Assembly (NCBI GenBank): GCA_046076045.1
Contig: JBJTRI010000013.1
Coordinates: 1 to 62,174, forward strand
Length of the DNA stretch: 62,174 bases
From: a bacterium
GTDB lineage: Bacteria; Eisenbacteria; RBG-16-71-46
Direction: 5' to 3'
Positions 42,274 through 51,383 of the stretch are shown here, piece by piece. A program made the translations under genes and the position numbers. The notes beneath the pieces were generated by a model. The model saw nothing but the letters and a program-made list of their open reading frames with translations. It was not told where the DNA came from and ran no database searches. Position 1 is the first letter of the stretch, and each line of letters begins with the position of its first letter.

Positions 42274-44160
42274 TCACCGCCCGCGCGGGCGGCCCTGCCA
42301 CCACAGTGCGAACATCGCCAGCGCGTACAGCATCTGCGAGCGATCGGCGCGACCGCTGCGGTGCTCGGCGAACAGCGCCGCCACGGCCTCGGGTCGCAGC
42401 ACGCCGGCCTCGTCGGCGCGCGAGTCGCGCCACAGTCCCTCGGCGGTCCGCCCGAGGTCGCCCCGCACCCAGCGCGCGAGCGGGATCGCGAAGCCCTGCT
42501 TGGGGCGGTCGAGCGCGCCCGGCGGGAGCCAGGGCGCGATCGCCTCGCGTACGAGCCACTTGCCGGTCGCCCCGCGCAGCTTGAGGTCCACCGGCACGCT
42601 GGCGGCGTAGTCCACGAACACGTGGCTCAGGAACGGCACGCGCACCTCGAGCGAGTGCTGCATGCTCGCGCGGTCCACCTTCACCAGCATGTCGTCGGGC
42701 AGGCGTACCACGGTGTCGGCGTACAGCATGTTCTCGACCGGGTCGCGCGAGACGGGCTGCGGGAAGTACGCCGCCGCGAGCCGGTCGAGCTCGTCGCCCG
42801 TGCCCAGCCCGGCGGTGAACTCGGGACGGTAGAGCCCAGCGCGCACCGCACGCGGGGCGAGCTGGTACTTGCTGAAGAAGCGCTGGAACGTGCCGTGCAG
42901 GCGAGCGTCGGCGCTCACCTTGGCGAGGCGCTGGCGGAAGCGGTTCCAGCGCTCGCTGGGCAGCGGCGGCAGGTGCGCGAGCAGGCCCGCGAGCGCGAAC
43001 AGCGGGCGACGCGTCTGCAGCAGGCGCTCGGCGCGGTGGCGCGAGTAGCCGGCGAACAACTCGTCACCGCCGTCGCCCGAGAGCGCCACCACCACCTGCT
43101 CGCGCGCGAGCCGCGACACGTACCAGGTCGGGATCGCGCTCGGGTCGGCGAACGGTTCGTCGTAGGCGGCAGCCAGTCGCGGCAGCAGCGTGGCGGCGTC
43201 CTCGAGTTCGACGCGCTGCTCGGTGTGACGGCAGCCGAGGTGCTCGGCGATGCGCCGCGCGAACGGCGACTCGTCGTGCTCGCGGTCGGCGAACCCGATC
43301 GTGAACGTGCGCACCGGCTCGTCCATGACGCGCGACATCGCCGCGACCACGGCGGACGAGTCCACGCCGCCCGACAGGAACGCGCCGAGCGGGACTTCGG
43401 CGAGCAGGTGGCGGCGCACGCAGGCGGTGAAGGTCTCGCGGAAGTCCTCGACCCACTCGCGTGTCGAGCGCGCCGGGCCGGGGCGGTACTGGAACCGCCA
43501 GTAGCGCTTCACCACGTCGTCGCCGGTCGGCCCCACGGTGAGGGCGCACCCGGGTTCGAGCTGCGTGACCTCGCGGTGGATCGAGCGCGGCGCGAGCACG
43601 TGGCCGAACGCGAAGAACTGGTCCATGGCGGCGGGGTCGGGCGTGAACGACAGCCCGGGCACCGGGGGCAGCGTCTTGAGCTCCGAGCCCCACGCGAGGC
43701 CGCCGCGTTGGCGGGTGACGTACAGCGGCTTGATCCCGAGCGGGTCGCGCGCGAGGTGGAGGGTGCGCGCGATGCGGTCCCAGATCGCGACCGCGAACAT
43801 GCCCTCGAGGCGAGGCCACACGCCCTCGCCCCACTGCACGAAGCCGCGCAGGATGGTCTCGGTGTCGGAGTTCGTGCGGTAGCGCTGGCCGAGCGACTCC
43901 AGTTCGGCGCGCAGCGCGGGGTGGTTGTAGATCTCGCCGTTGAACGTGATGACGTAGCGCCCGTCGTCGCTGTGGATGGGCTGGTGCCCGCCGGCCACGT
44001 CCACGATCGAGAGGCGGCGCATGCCGAAGCCGAAGTCGCCGTCCACGAGCACACCGGCGTCGTCGGGGCCGCGGTGCACGATGGTGTCGCACATCGCGCG
44101 CACCACGCTCTCGTCCACCGGCGCGCCCCCGCGCGCGTACCAACCCGCGATGCCGCACAT
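42274..44160 (-). CDS. asnB: Asparagine synthase (glutamine-hydrolysing) family amidotransferase, exopolysaccharide-locus type
   Basis: 628 aa starting MCGIAGW (N-terminal nucleophile Cys). SGGVDSS PP-loop. Collinear with AsnB/WbpS-like proteins. Confidence 0.9.
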   Translation of the reverse strand: MCGIAGWYARGGAPVDESVVRAMCDTIVHRGPDDAGVLVDGDFGFGMRRLSIVDVAGGHQPIHSDDGRYVITFNGEIYNHPALRAELESLGQRYRTNSDTETILRGFVQWGEGVWPRLEGMFAVAIWDRIARTLHLARDPLGIKPLYVTRQRGGLAWGSELKTLPPVPGLSFTPDPAAMDQFFAFGHVLAPRSIHREVTQLEPGCALTVGPTGDDVVKRYWRFQYRPGPARSTREWVEDFRETFTACVRRHLLAEVPLGAFLSGGVDSSAVVAAMSRVMDEPVRTFTIGFADREHDESPFARRIAEHLGCRHTEQRVELEDAATLLPRLAAAYDEPFADPSAIPTWYVSRLAREQVVVALSGDGGDELFAGYSRHRAERLLQTRRPLFALAGLLAHLPPLPSERWNRFRQRLAKVSADARLHGTFQRFFSKYQLAPRAVRAGLYRPEFTAGLGTGDELDRLAAAYFPQPVSRDPVENMLYADTVVRLPDDMLVKVDRASMQHSLEVRVPFLSHVFVDYAASVPVDLKLRGATGKWLVREAIAPWLPPGALDRPKQGFAIPLARWVRGDLGRTAEGLWRDSRADEAGVLRPEAVAALFAEHRSGRADRSQMLYALAMFALWWQGRPRGR

Positions 44161-44161
44161 G

Positions 44162-45139
44162 TCAGCGATCCCCCGTGGCGTTGCGGGTGGCGGGCGAGAG
44201 GTCCCAGACCGCGAGCTGGCCCTCGGCGCCCAGCGTGGCCATGCGGTGGCCCTGGAGCGAGAACGCGAGGTCGCGCACGTCGGCGCCGCGGTGCGGGCGC
44301 CAGGTGTGGACCTCGCGCCCGGTGTAGGCCCAGCGCACCTGCACCGTACCGCCCTCGGCCGTCGCCAGGAACCAACCGTCGGACGACAATGCCATGTTCC
44401 TGGCCGGGCGCGGCTTCGCGATCCGCATGCGCGAACGCTGCGTGCTCGAGCCGGTGTTCCAGGTCGAGATGGCGAGCGTGCTCTCGGCCACGGCCAGCGT
44501 GGCTCCCAGACGCGTCGTGGCGAGCGGGCCCGGCGCCCCCTCGGTGAACGGGCCGAGCGAGCGGGTGGTGTTGGAGTCGGGGGCATGGAACAGGACGCGC
44601 GGTCCGTCGGTCCACGCGAACGACCGCACGCGGTCCAACCACACGAGCCCGCCGTGCTCGCCGGGGACGCGCAGGTCGAGCGTCGTGGCCGTGTCCACCA
44701 CCGAGACGATGCGCCCGGTGTGGCCGTCGCCCCATGCGAGCCAGCGGCCGTCGCTCGAGAGCGCGAGCGTGGCGCCACCGCCGGGGGTGGCGAGCAGCGT
44801 GCGCCCGGTGCGGGCGTCGAGCGCGAGCACGCCGTCGGGGGTGGCGACCGCGAGGGTCTCGCCCGTCGCGCTGGTCGCGATGCCGAACACCGGGTGCCAG
44901 GCCTCGCGCGCCGCGGCGCGCGTGTTCCACAGCACACGGCCCTTGCGTGAGTCGAACACGCTCACCGAGCGGCCGAAGAACGACACCGCGAGCGCCGAGT
45001 CGCCCAGCACCCAGCGCACCTCGCTGGCGCCGTCGGCGGGGGCGAACAGCAGGCGCGCCGGCGCGGTCGGGCAACCCGCGCCGAGGGCGAACGGCAGGGT
45101 CGCGGCCAGCAGCAGCAGCGGTGCGAGCGCGCGCCTCAT
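44162..45139 (-). CDS. Probable lipoprotein with WD40/PD40-like beta-propeller repeats
   Basis: 325 aa. Signal peptide ending ...FALGAGC. Repeats of the type LAVATPDGVLALD..TG and LALSSDGRWLAWG. ATGA overlap with the upstream GT4 gene. Its stop lies 1 nt from the asnB start. Confidence 0.65.
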   Translation of the reverse strand: MRRALAPLLLLAATLPFALGAGCPTAPARLLFAPADGASEVRWVLGDSALAVSFFGRSVSVFDSRKGRVLWNTRAAAREAWHPVFGIATSATGETLAVATPDGVLALDARTGRTLLATPGGGATLALSSDGRWLAWGDGHTGRIVSVVDTATTLDLRVPGEHGGLVWLDRVRSFAWTDGPRVLFHAPDSNTTRSLGPFTEGAPGPLATTRLGATLAVAESTLAISTWNTGSSTQRSRMRIAKPRPARNMALSSDGWFLATAEGGTVQVRWAYTGREVHTWRPHRGADVRDLAFSLQGHRMATLGAEGQLAVWDLSPATRNATGDR

Positions 45140-46125
45140 GCGCGTCGGCTCCGGTGCGCGCGGGCGCGCTCGTACACCGACAGCACGCGGCGCGCCACCG
45201 CCTCGAGCGAGAGCGTGCGCGCGATCGCCTCGCGGCCGTTGCTGCGGCGGGGCTCGGCGAGGATGCGCGCGGTGGCGTCGGTGAACGCCTCGACCGTGCG
45301 GTCCACCACCGCCGAGGGCGCGACGTCGCGCAGGCGTTCGGCGCAGTCGCCGACGGGCGCGGCCACGACCGGCAGGTCCATGGCCATCGCTTCCTTGACG
45401 ACGTTGGGGGATCCCTCGTGGTACGAGGGCAGCAGCAACACGTCGGCCGCGCTCATGGCGCGCACCATATCGGTCTGCGGGCGCCCGTGTACGGCTTCGA
45501 GACGAACGGGTGTCCCGCGGGCGACGAGTGCGTCGCGAACCGCGACCGCGAGTGGCCAGTTCTTGCGCTCCTCGGTCGGGTCGGCCGCGAACAGCAGCAC
45601 CGGGACCTCGGGTGCCCAGCCGAGTGCGGCGCGCGCGGCGTCGCGCGGCTCGGGCACGAAGCGCGACAGGTCCACCCCGTTCGGGATCACCTCGACGTCG
45701 GGCACGCCGGGGAGCGCGCGCGCCATCTCGGTGCTCTTCACGATCACCCCGTCGGCGCGGCGTGCGGCCAGCCGCGACAGCGGGATGAGCGCGCGGCTCT
45801 TGAGCGACAGGCGGCCGGCGGCGTCGGGGCGCCCGAGCAGGTCGTCGCCGCAGAAGCTCACCACGAGCGGCAGCGGCACGCGCAGCGCGGCCGCGCCCGA
45901 GAGCCCGTAGTGCGCGTGCACCAACTCGGCCCCGCAGTCGCGCGCCACGCGCGGCAGTTCGGCGAGCGCTCGCACGTAGGCGGCGGTCGAACGCCAGCCC
46001 TCGATCTCGTAGAGCGTGTTCGTGCAGCCCGCGGCGGCGAGCGAGTCCACCTGCGAGCGCACGAACGCGCCCCAGTGCGGTCGTGCGGCCGACGGCCACA
46101 TGTTGGTGACGACGAGCACCCTCAT
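45136..46125 (-). CDS. Glycosyltransferase family 4 (GT-B fold)
   Basis: 329 aa. Starts MRVLVVTN.WP and carries the EGSPNVVKEAMAMDLPVVA E(x7)E-type motif. ATGA overlaps at both ends. Confidence 0.85.
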   Translation of the reverse strand: MRVLVVTNMWPSAARPHWGAFVRSQVDSLAAAGCTNTLYEIEGWRSTAAYVRALAELPRVARDCGAELVHAHYGLSGAAALRVPLPLVVSFCGDDLLGRPDAAGRLSLKSRALIPLSRLAARRADGVIVKSTEMARALPGVPDVEVIPNGVDLSRFVPEPRDAARAALGWAPEVPVLLFAADPTEERKNWPLAVAVRDALVARGTPVRLEAVHGRPQTDMVRAMSAADVLLLPSYHEGSPNVVKEAMAMDLPVVAAPVGDCAERLRDVAPSAVVDRTVEAFTDATARILAEPRRSNGREAIARTLSLEAVARRVLSVYERARAHRSRRA

Positions 46126-47348
46126 GACAGGGGCCTCGGGTCGCGCGCGCGCTCGGCGAGGTGGTAGAGCGTCATGGCGAGGTAGCGCGGGTACTCGTTG
46201 CGGTCGGAGAGCACGCCGTAGTCGCGCCGCGAGAAGCGCGGGAACGAGCCGTCGGCCCGCATCTGGCCGACGACCCACGCGAACGCGCGGTCGGCGGGTT
46301 CACGATGGTCGCGCCAGCCCGCGGCGGTGACGGTGTGCAGCGCCATCGCGACCGCGTCGGCGTAGTACACGACCTCGGGGTTCGCGCTGCCACACGAGGC
46401 GCGCACCGCGCCGCTCGCGAGCACGCCGCCGACGAGGAAGTCGGAGACGCGCTCGGCGAGCCGCCGCGCGCGCGCGTCGCCGTGCGCCTGCGCGTACCAC
46501 GCGAGCTTCATGCACTGGAACGCGTTGTACTGGAAGCACAGGTAGTGGTGGCGCAGGCGCGGTTCGTTGCCACCGGGCAACTCGTAGGGCAGCTCGCCCG
46601 AGGGCAGTTGCACGGCCTCGAGGAAGTCGAGCAGCGCGGGCACGCGCTCGAGGTACGCGCGATCGCCGGTGGCCGACGCGAGTCGGCCCAGCACCCAGAT
46701 CCACTCGCAGGTGTTGTTGGGGACCTTGCCGCGCGGCACCTGGAAGTAGTTCACGCACACGCCGGTGGTGTGCGGCTGGTAGCCGATGTGCGTCTCGAGG
46801 TACGCGTGCCACGCGCGCGAACCCGCGAGCGCGTCGGCGTTGTGTGTGCGGGCGTGGTGCTCGAGCATGGCGACCGCGCCGAAGTCGCCCTCGACCGTGG
46901 CCACGAGGTGACGGCGCTCGGGCAGCGGGTAGTCCCACGCGCCGTCGGCGCGCTGGCCGGCGCGGATCGCGCGCGCGGCGTCCTCGGCGGCGGTGCGGTA
47001 GGCGGGCTCGCCCGTGAGGTCGGCGAGCGTCCAGTTGGCGAGCACCCAGTAGGCCTGCCCCTGCACGAACCAGAACCGTTCGACCGGCCGAAGCGCGGGC
47101 AGGTAGCTCTTCACGAACCGCCACACGCGGATGTTCCAGCGCACGCCCTGGTCGGCCCCCGCGAGGCGGCCGTCGTGCAGGTGGTGCGCGGCGAGGTGCG
47201 CCTGCAGTCGACGGGCGGCGTCGAGCGCGCGGTGCGGCGCGTGGGCGACGGGGTTCGCGTTCAAGCGGACGGTGCGGCCTCGGGACGGGGGGCGCGCCGA
47301 GCGGGGCTCGGCGGGGGACCTTGGAGTGCACCCGCGAGTATAGGCCAA
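46122..47348 (-). CDS. Hypothetical all-alpha protein (possible alpha/alpha-toroid fold)
   Basis: Up to 408 aa. High GC3 from about 47270 downstream. The first ~10 codons have low GC3, so a later start such as the TTG at 47264 is possible. Repeated DG.W.YP / DGSFP motifs suggest a terpenoid-cyclase-like or glycoside-hydrolase-like toroid. This is a weak call. Confidence 0.55.
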   Translation of the reverse strand: MAYTRGCTPRSPAEPRSARPPSRGRTVRLNANPVAHAPHRALDAARRLQAHLAAHHLHDGRLAGADQGVRWNIRVWRFVKSYLPALRPVERFWFVQGQAYWVLANWTLADLTGEPAYRTAAEDAARAIRAGQRADGAWDYPLPERRHLVATVEGDFGAVAMLEHHARTHNADALAGSRAWHAYLETHIGYQPHTTGVCVNYFQVPRGKVPNNTCEWIWVLGRLASATGDRAYLERVPALLDFLEAVQLPSGELPYELPGGNEPRLRHHYLCFQYNAFQCMKLAWYAQAHGDARARRLAERVSDFLVGGVLASGAVRASCGSANPEVVYYADAVAMALHTVTAAGWRDHREPADRAFAWVVGQMRADGSFPRFSRRDYGVLSDRNEYPRYLAMTLYHLAERARDPRPLS

Positions 47349-47408
47349 CGGACCCGACGGGTCAGCGTGCCGTGCCCCGCGCGGGCGGCTCGGCTACCCT
47401 GCCCGGCC

Positions 47409-48104
47409 ATGTCCGACCGACCCGCCCCGCTCGTCTGGCTGTTCGACGTCGACGGCACTCTGCTGCTCACGCAGGGGGCCGGGCGCGAGGCGTTGTCGGC
47501 CGCGCTGCGCGACGTGCACGGCATCGAGGACGACCTGCGCACGATCCCGTTCGCGGGCCGCACCGACCGGCTCATCACCGACGACATCGCCGCGCGGCAC
47601 GGTCTGTCGTTCGAGGGCGATCTCCGGGCGCGGTTCTTCGATCAGGTGGTGACGCGCATGCGCGAGCTCATGGATCCGCCGCGCGGCGGGCTGCTGCCGG
47701 GGGTGGGTGCGGTGCTCGACGCGGTCGAGGCCGAGCCGGCATGGGCGATGGCACTGCTCACCGGCAACGAGACGCGCATGGCGCGCGTGAAGCTGGAGTC
47801 GTTCGGCCTCTGGGAGCGCTTCGCGTGGGGCGCGTTCGGCGAGGAGGGCGAGGACCGCGACGCGATCGCGCGCCTGGCGGTGCGCCGTGCCGCCGAGCGG
47901 CACGCGGTCGCGCCCGAGCGCTGCGTGGTGGTGGGCGACACCGAGCACGACATCGCGTGCGCGCGCGCGGCCGGGGCGCGCGTGGTGGCGGTCACGACCG
48001 GCGGGCGCTCGCGCGACACGCTGGCCTCGCATGCGCCCGACCTGCTGCTCGACGACCTCGCCGATCCGGCACCGTTGCTGGTCTGGGCGCGCGGGTTGGT
48101 GTGA
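47409..48104 (+). CDS. HAD family hydrolase (phosphoglycolate phosphatase-like)
   Basis: 231 aa. Motifs: FDVDGTLL, LLTGN and VVVGDTEHD. Confidence 0.85.
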   Translation: MSDRPAPLVWLFDVDGTLLLTQGAGREALSAALRDVHGIEDDLRTIPFAGRTDRLITDDIAARHGLSFEGDLRARFFDQVVTRMRELMDPPRGGLLPGVGAVLDAVEAEPAWAMALLTGNETRMARVKLESFGLWERFAWGAFGEEGEDRDAIARLAVRRAAERHAVAPERCVVVGDTEHDIACARAAGARVVAVTTGGRSRDTLASHAPDLLLDDLADPAPLLVWARGLV

Positions 48105-48176
48105 GCGCGGTGCGCGTGGCGTCGGGGCTCGCGGGGCGGGGCGGCTCGACGTGACGGGCCGCGCCGCGGGCGTGCG

Positions 48177-48800
48177 TCAGGCGTCGCGTTCGGCGGCGCG
48201 ACGGCGCGCGGCGGCCTCGAGCAGCAGGAGCGCGTCGTCGAGGTTGTGCACCGCGGTCACGCCCGGGAACTCGGCGGCGAGCATCTCGGACGGCCGGTAG
48301 ATCACGGGGAAGTCGCAGCTCTTGAGCAGCGACAGGTCGTTCATGGAGTCGCCCATCGCGGCCACCTTGTAGCCGGCACCCTTGAACCCCGAGACGATGC
48401 GCTCCTTCTGGCCACGGATGCGCAGCTTGAAGCCGGTGATGCGGCCCGTGGCGTCGAGCTCGAAGCGGTTGGCGAACAGCGACACGCCGCCGAGCTTGGT
48501 GGCGAGCGGCTCGCTGAACTCGTGGAACGTGTCGGAGATGATGATCACGTTGCCGAGCGAGCGCAGCTTGCCCAGGAACTCGCGGGCCCCCAGGAACGGC
48601 TCGATCGAGTGCGCCACGTTCTGCAGGTCGGCGAGCCGCAGCCCGGCGCGCGTGGCGCCCGCGACGCGCTGCCGCATGAGCTCCTCGAAGTCCACGATGT
48701 CGCGCGTGGTGAACGAGAACTCGGGCACGTTGAAGGTGGCCCCCAGCACGGGCCAGATCTCGGGTGCGAGCACCCCTTCGAGGTCGAGCGAGAAGACCAT
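48177..48800 (-). CDS. thrH: Phosphoserine phosphatase / homoserine phosphotransferase bifunctional protein
   Basis: 207 aa. Collinear with Pseudomonas ThrH: LDLEGVL.PEIW, TTRDI.D...LM.QR, ISDTF.EFS.PL and GDS.ND. Confidence 0.85.
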   Translation of the reverse strand: MVFSLDLEGVLAPEIWPVLGATFNVPEFSFTTRDIVDFEELMRQRVAGATRAGLRLADLQNVAHSIEPFLGAREFLGKLRSLGNVIIISDTFHEFSEPLATKLGGVSLFANRFELDATGRITGFKLRIRGQKERIVSGFKGAGYKVAAMGDSMNDLSLLKSCDFPVIYRPSEMLAAEFPGVTAVHNLDDALLLLEAAARRRAAERDA

Positions 48801-48923
48801 GGTGGGCGCACCCTAGCACGCCGTCGCGCGGCCGATCCGGCCCGCCGCGGGCGGGCGGGGCCCGGTAGGCCGTGGCGCCGTAAGGGGTTCCGGGGAATGG
48901 CCTGCGGACAGAAAATATTCCAG

Positions 48924-48952
48924 TTGAAATGCGTTCCTGCCGAAAATATATT
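48924..48952 (+). promoter_or_regulatory. Near-consensus sigma70-type promoter inside an AT-rich island upstream of lrp
   Basis: -35 TTGAAA (48924-48929), a 17-nt spacer, then -10 TATATT (48947-52). Direct repeats GAAAATAT at 48911 and 48942. Inverted repeat GGAAT (48894) / ATTCC (48917). Confidence 0.55.
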
Positions 48953-49456
48953 ATGTCCATGACCCCCAAGACGCCCACCCACCGTCCGCTCGACCGGACC
49001 GACCGCCGCATCCTGGCGCTCGTGCAGCGCGACGCGTCGCTCGCGCAGGCCGAGATCGCCAAGCGCGTCGGGCTGTCCACGGCGGCGGTGCACGAGCGTG
49101 TGAAGAAGCTCGAGGCGGCGGGTGTGATACGGCGCTGGACCGCGGTGGTGGACCCGCTCGCGGTGGGGGCGCAGGTGACGGCGTTCGTGGAGGTGTTCTT
49201 CGAGCATCCGCGCTTCGAGAAGGGTTTCCTCGAGCGGGTGCGCAAGCTCGACCCGGTGCAGGAGTGCCATCACATCACGGGCGAGTTCTCGTTGTTGCTC
49301 AAGGTGCGCGTGTCCGACATGCATGCGCTGCAGGACCTGCTGCTCGAACAGTTGTCGGGGCACGAGGGCGTGCGCCAGACGCGCACCGTCATGGTGCTGT
49401 CCACGGTGAAGGAAGAGACGTTCGTGGAGACGAACGCGAAGGGGGAGGACGCATGA
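48953..49456 (+). CDS. lrp: Lrp/AsnC family transcriptional regulator
   Basis: 167 aa. HTH LD..DRRIL..LQ.DA....AEIA..VGLS..AV..RVK.LE..GVI, then an ACT-like RAM domain. The second ATG at 48959 would fit a leaderless transcript from the promoter above. Confidence 0.9.
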   Translation: MSMTPKTPTHRPLDRTDRRILALVQRDASLAQAEIAKRVGLSTAAVHERVKKLEAAGVIRRWTAVVDPLAVGAQVTAFVEVFFEHPRFEKGFLERVRKLDPVQECHHITGEFSLLLKVRVSDMHALQDLLLEQLSGHEGVRQTRTVMVLSTVKEETFVETNAKGEDA

Positions 49457-50790
49457 AGAGCCCGCACATCGCACCGACCGAGGTGCACGCCACGCTGGCC
49501 CGCCACATGCTGGCCGACGGTTACGACATGGTGCTCGACCTCGAGCGCAGCCATGGGCGCCGCCTGTACGACTCGCGGACCGGGCGTGAGGTGCTGGACC
49601 TGTTCTCGTTCTTCGCCACGCTGCCGATCGGGTTCAACCATCCGCGCATGAAGGACCCCGACTTCCTCGCCAAGCTCACGCGCGCCGCGCTGGTGAACCC
49701 CACCAACTCCGACATCTACAGCACCGAGTTCGCCGAGTTCGTGGAGGTGTTCGGGCGCGTCGCCATGCGCCCGTGGCTGCCGAACGCGTTCTTCGTGGCC
49801 GGCGGCTCGCTGGGCGTGGAGAACGCGGTCAAGGCCGCCATGGACTGGAAGGTGCGCCAGAACATCCGCAAGGGCGTGCCGGGCGAGAAGGGCACGCAGA
49901 TCCTGCACTTCCGCGAAGCGTTCCACGGCCGCTCGGGCTACACGGTCTCGATGACGAACACCGCCGACCCGCGCAAGTACCAGTACTTCGCGCGCTTCGA
50001 CTGGCCGCGCGTCTCGAACCCGCACCTGCGCTTCCCGGTCACGCCCGCCGAGCTCGAGCGCGTGCAGCAGGCCGAGGCCACCACGATCGCCGAGATCCGG
50101 CGTGCGTTCGCCGAGCGTCCGCACGAGATCGCGGCCATCCTGGTGGAGCCCATCCAGGCCGAGGGTGGCGACCACCACTTCCGTCCCGAGTTCCTCGCCA
50201 CGCTCAAGGCGGTCGCGCACGAGCACGACGCCCTGCTGGTGTTCGACGAGGTGCAGACCGGCGTGGGCCTGACCGGCACGTTCTGGGCGCACGAGGGGCT
50301 GGGCATGCAGCCCGACCTGGTGTCGTTCGGCAAGAAGATGCAGGTGTGCGGCATGTTGGGCGGTGGTCGTCTCATGGACGAGCCCGACAACGTGTTCAAG
50401 GTCTCGAGCCGCATCAACTCCACGTGGGGCGGCAACCTGGTGGACATGGTGCGCTGCCAGCGCTACCTCGAGATCATCGAGGAGGAGGGGTTGGTGCAGA
50501 ACGCCGCCACCGTGGGCGCGTACCTGCTGTCGCAGCTCGAGGCGGCGCAGGCGCGCATGCCCGAGGTGCTGTCGAACGCGCGCGGGCGCGGTCTCATGTG
50601 CGCGGTGGACTTCGCCGACACCGAGACGCGCAACCGCATCGCCGACACGGCCTACGAGCTCGGCATGATCATCCTGCCCTGCGGGCATCGCAGCCTGCGG
50701 TTCCGCCCGCCGCTCGACATCACGCGCGCCGAGGTGGACGAGGCCATGACCATCCTGCTCAAGGCCGTGGATCACGTGCTCGCGCGCTGA
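49453..50790 (+). CDS. lat: L-lysine 6-transaminase (class III aminotransferase)
   Basis: 445 aa. GGGGGAGG Shine-Dalgarno and an ATGA overlap with the lrp stop. Lat-like N-terminus (LDLERSHGRRLYD..TGREVLDLFSFFATLPIGFNHP). PLP Lys region FGKK. Confidence 0.9.
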   Translation: MKSPHIAPTEVHATLARHMLADGYDMVLDLERSHGRRLYDSRTGREVLDLFSFFATLPIGFNHPRMKDPDFLAKLTRAALVNPTNSDIYSTEFAEFVEVFGRVAMRPWLPNAFFVAGGSLGVENAVKAAMDWKVRQNIRKGVPGEKGTQILHFREAFHGRSGYTVSMTNTADPRKYQYFARFDWPRVSNPHLRFPVTPAELERVQQAEATTIAEIRRAFAERPHEIAAILVEPIQAEGGDHHFRPEFLATLKAVAHEHDALLVFDEVQTGVGLTGTFWAHEGLGMQPDLVSFGKKMQVCGMLGGGRLMDEPDNVFKVSSRINSTWGGNLVDMVRCQRYLEIIEEEGLVQNAATVGAYLLSQLEAAQARMPEVLSNARGRGLMCAVDFADTETRNRIADTAYELGMIILPCGHRSLRFRPPLDITRAEVDEAMTILLKAVDHVLAR

Positions 50791-50813
50791 ACCGAGGTCC
50801 TCAACCACTCGAC

Positions 50814-50844
50814 ACGCCCGCTCCGCCCCGTGCGGAGCGGGCGT
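50814..50844 (+). terminator. GC hairpin after lat
   Basis: ACGCCCGCTCCGC-cccgt-GCGGAGCGGGCGT, a 13-bp perfect stem. Confidence 0.5.
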
Positions 50845-50918
50845 CGTCGCGCATGGCGCGCTCGCGCGCGGCCGCGTTATCCTGCAGGCTTGCGCTACCT
50901 CTCACACGGGATCCCCTC

Positions 50919-51383
50919 ATGAGCCCACGATCGAACCCCGCCCCCGGCACCGTGGCGACCTATCTGGCCGCCCTTCCCGAGGATCGTCGCAAGTCCCTGA
51001 AGGCCGTGCGCGCGCTCGTGCGCGCGAACCTCCCCGAGGGATATCGCGAGGCCTTGGCGCACGGGATGATCGTGTGGCAGGTGCCGCTGCGCGCGTACCC
51101 GGACACCTACAACGGCGAGCCTCTCATGCTCGCCGCGCTGGCCAGCCAGAAGGCGCACATGTCGCTCCACCTGATGGGGCCGTATCTCATGCCGGCGCTG
51201 GACCGCCGGCTTCGCGCCGGTTTCCGGCGAGCGGGGCTGCGCCTCGACATGGGGCGTGCTTGCGTGCGGTTCCGCTCACTCGCCGACCTCGCCCCCGACG
51301 CCATCGCCGACACCATCGCCGCGCTCCCCATGGAGCGCTTCATCACGCTGGCGCGTACCGCTCAGCGCAAGGGGCGGCGGTGA
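50919..51383 (+). CDS. DUF1801 (YdhG-like) domain protein
   Basis: 154 aa. Matches the DUF1801 pattern: V..YLAALPEDRRKSLKAVRALVRANLP. Confidence 0.8.
   Translation: MSPRSNPAPGTVATYLAALPEDRRKSLKAVRALVRANLPEGYREALAHGMIVWQVPLRAYPDTYNGEPLMLAALASQKAHMSLHLMGPYLMPALDRRLRAGFRRAGLRLDMGRACVRFRSLADLAPDAIADTIAALPMERFITLARTAQRKGRR

Noticed and set aside
42274-44160. The AsnB homologue as a lasso-peptide cyclase, with the PqqD-like module at 20735-20998 as its RRE.
   Set aside because: The protein keeps the N-terminal MCGIAG glutaminase nucleophile and full AsnB length. No transglutaminase-like protease or precursor ORF is adjacent. The RRE-like segment is 21 kb away in an unrelated operon.
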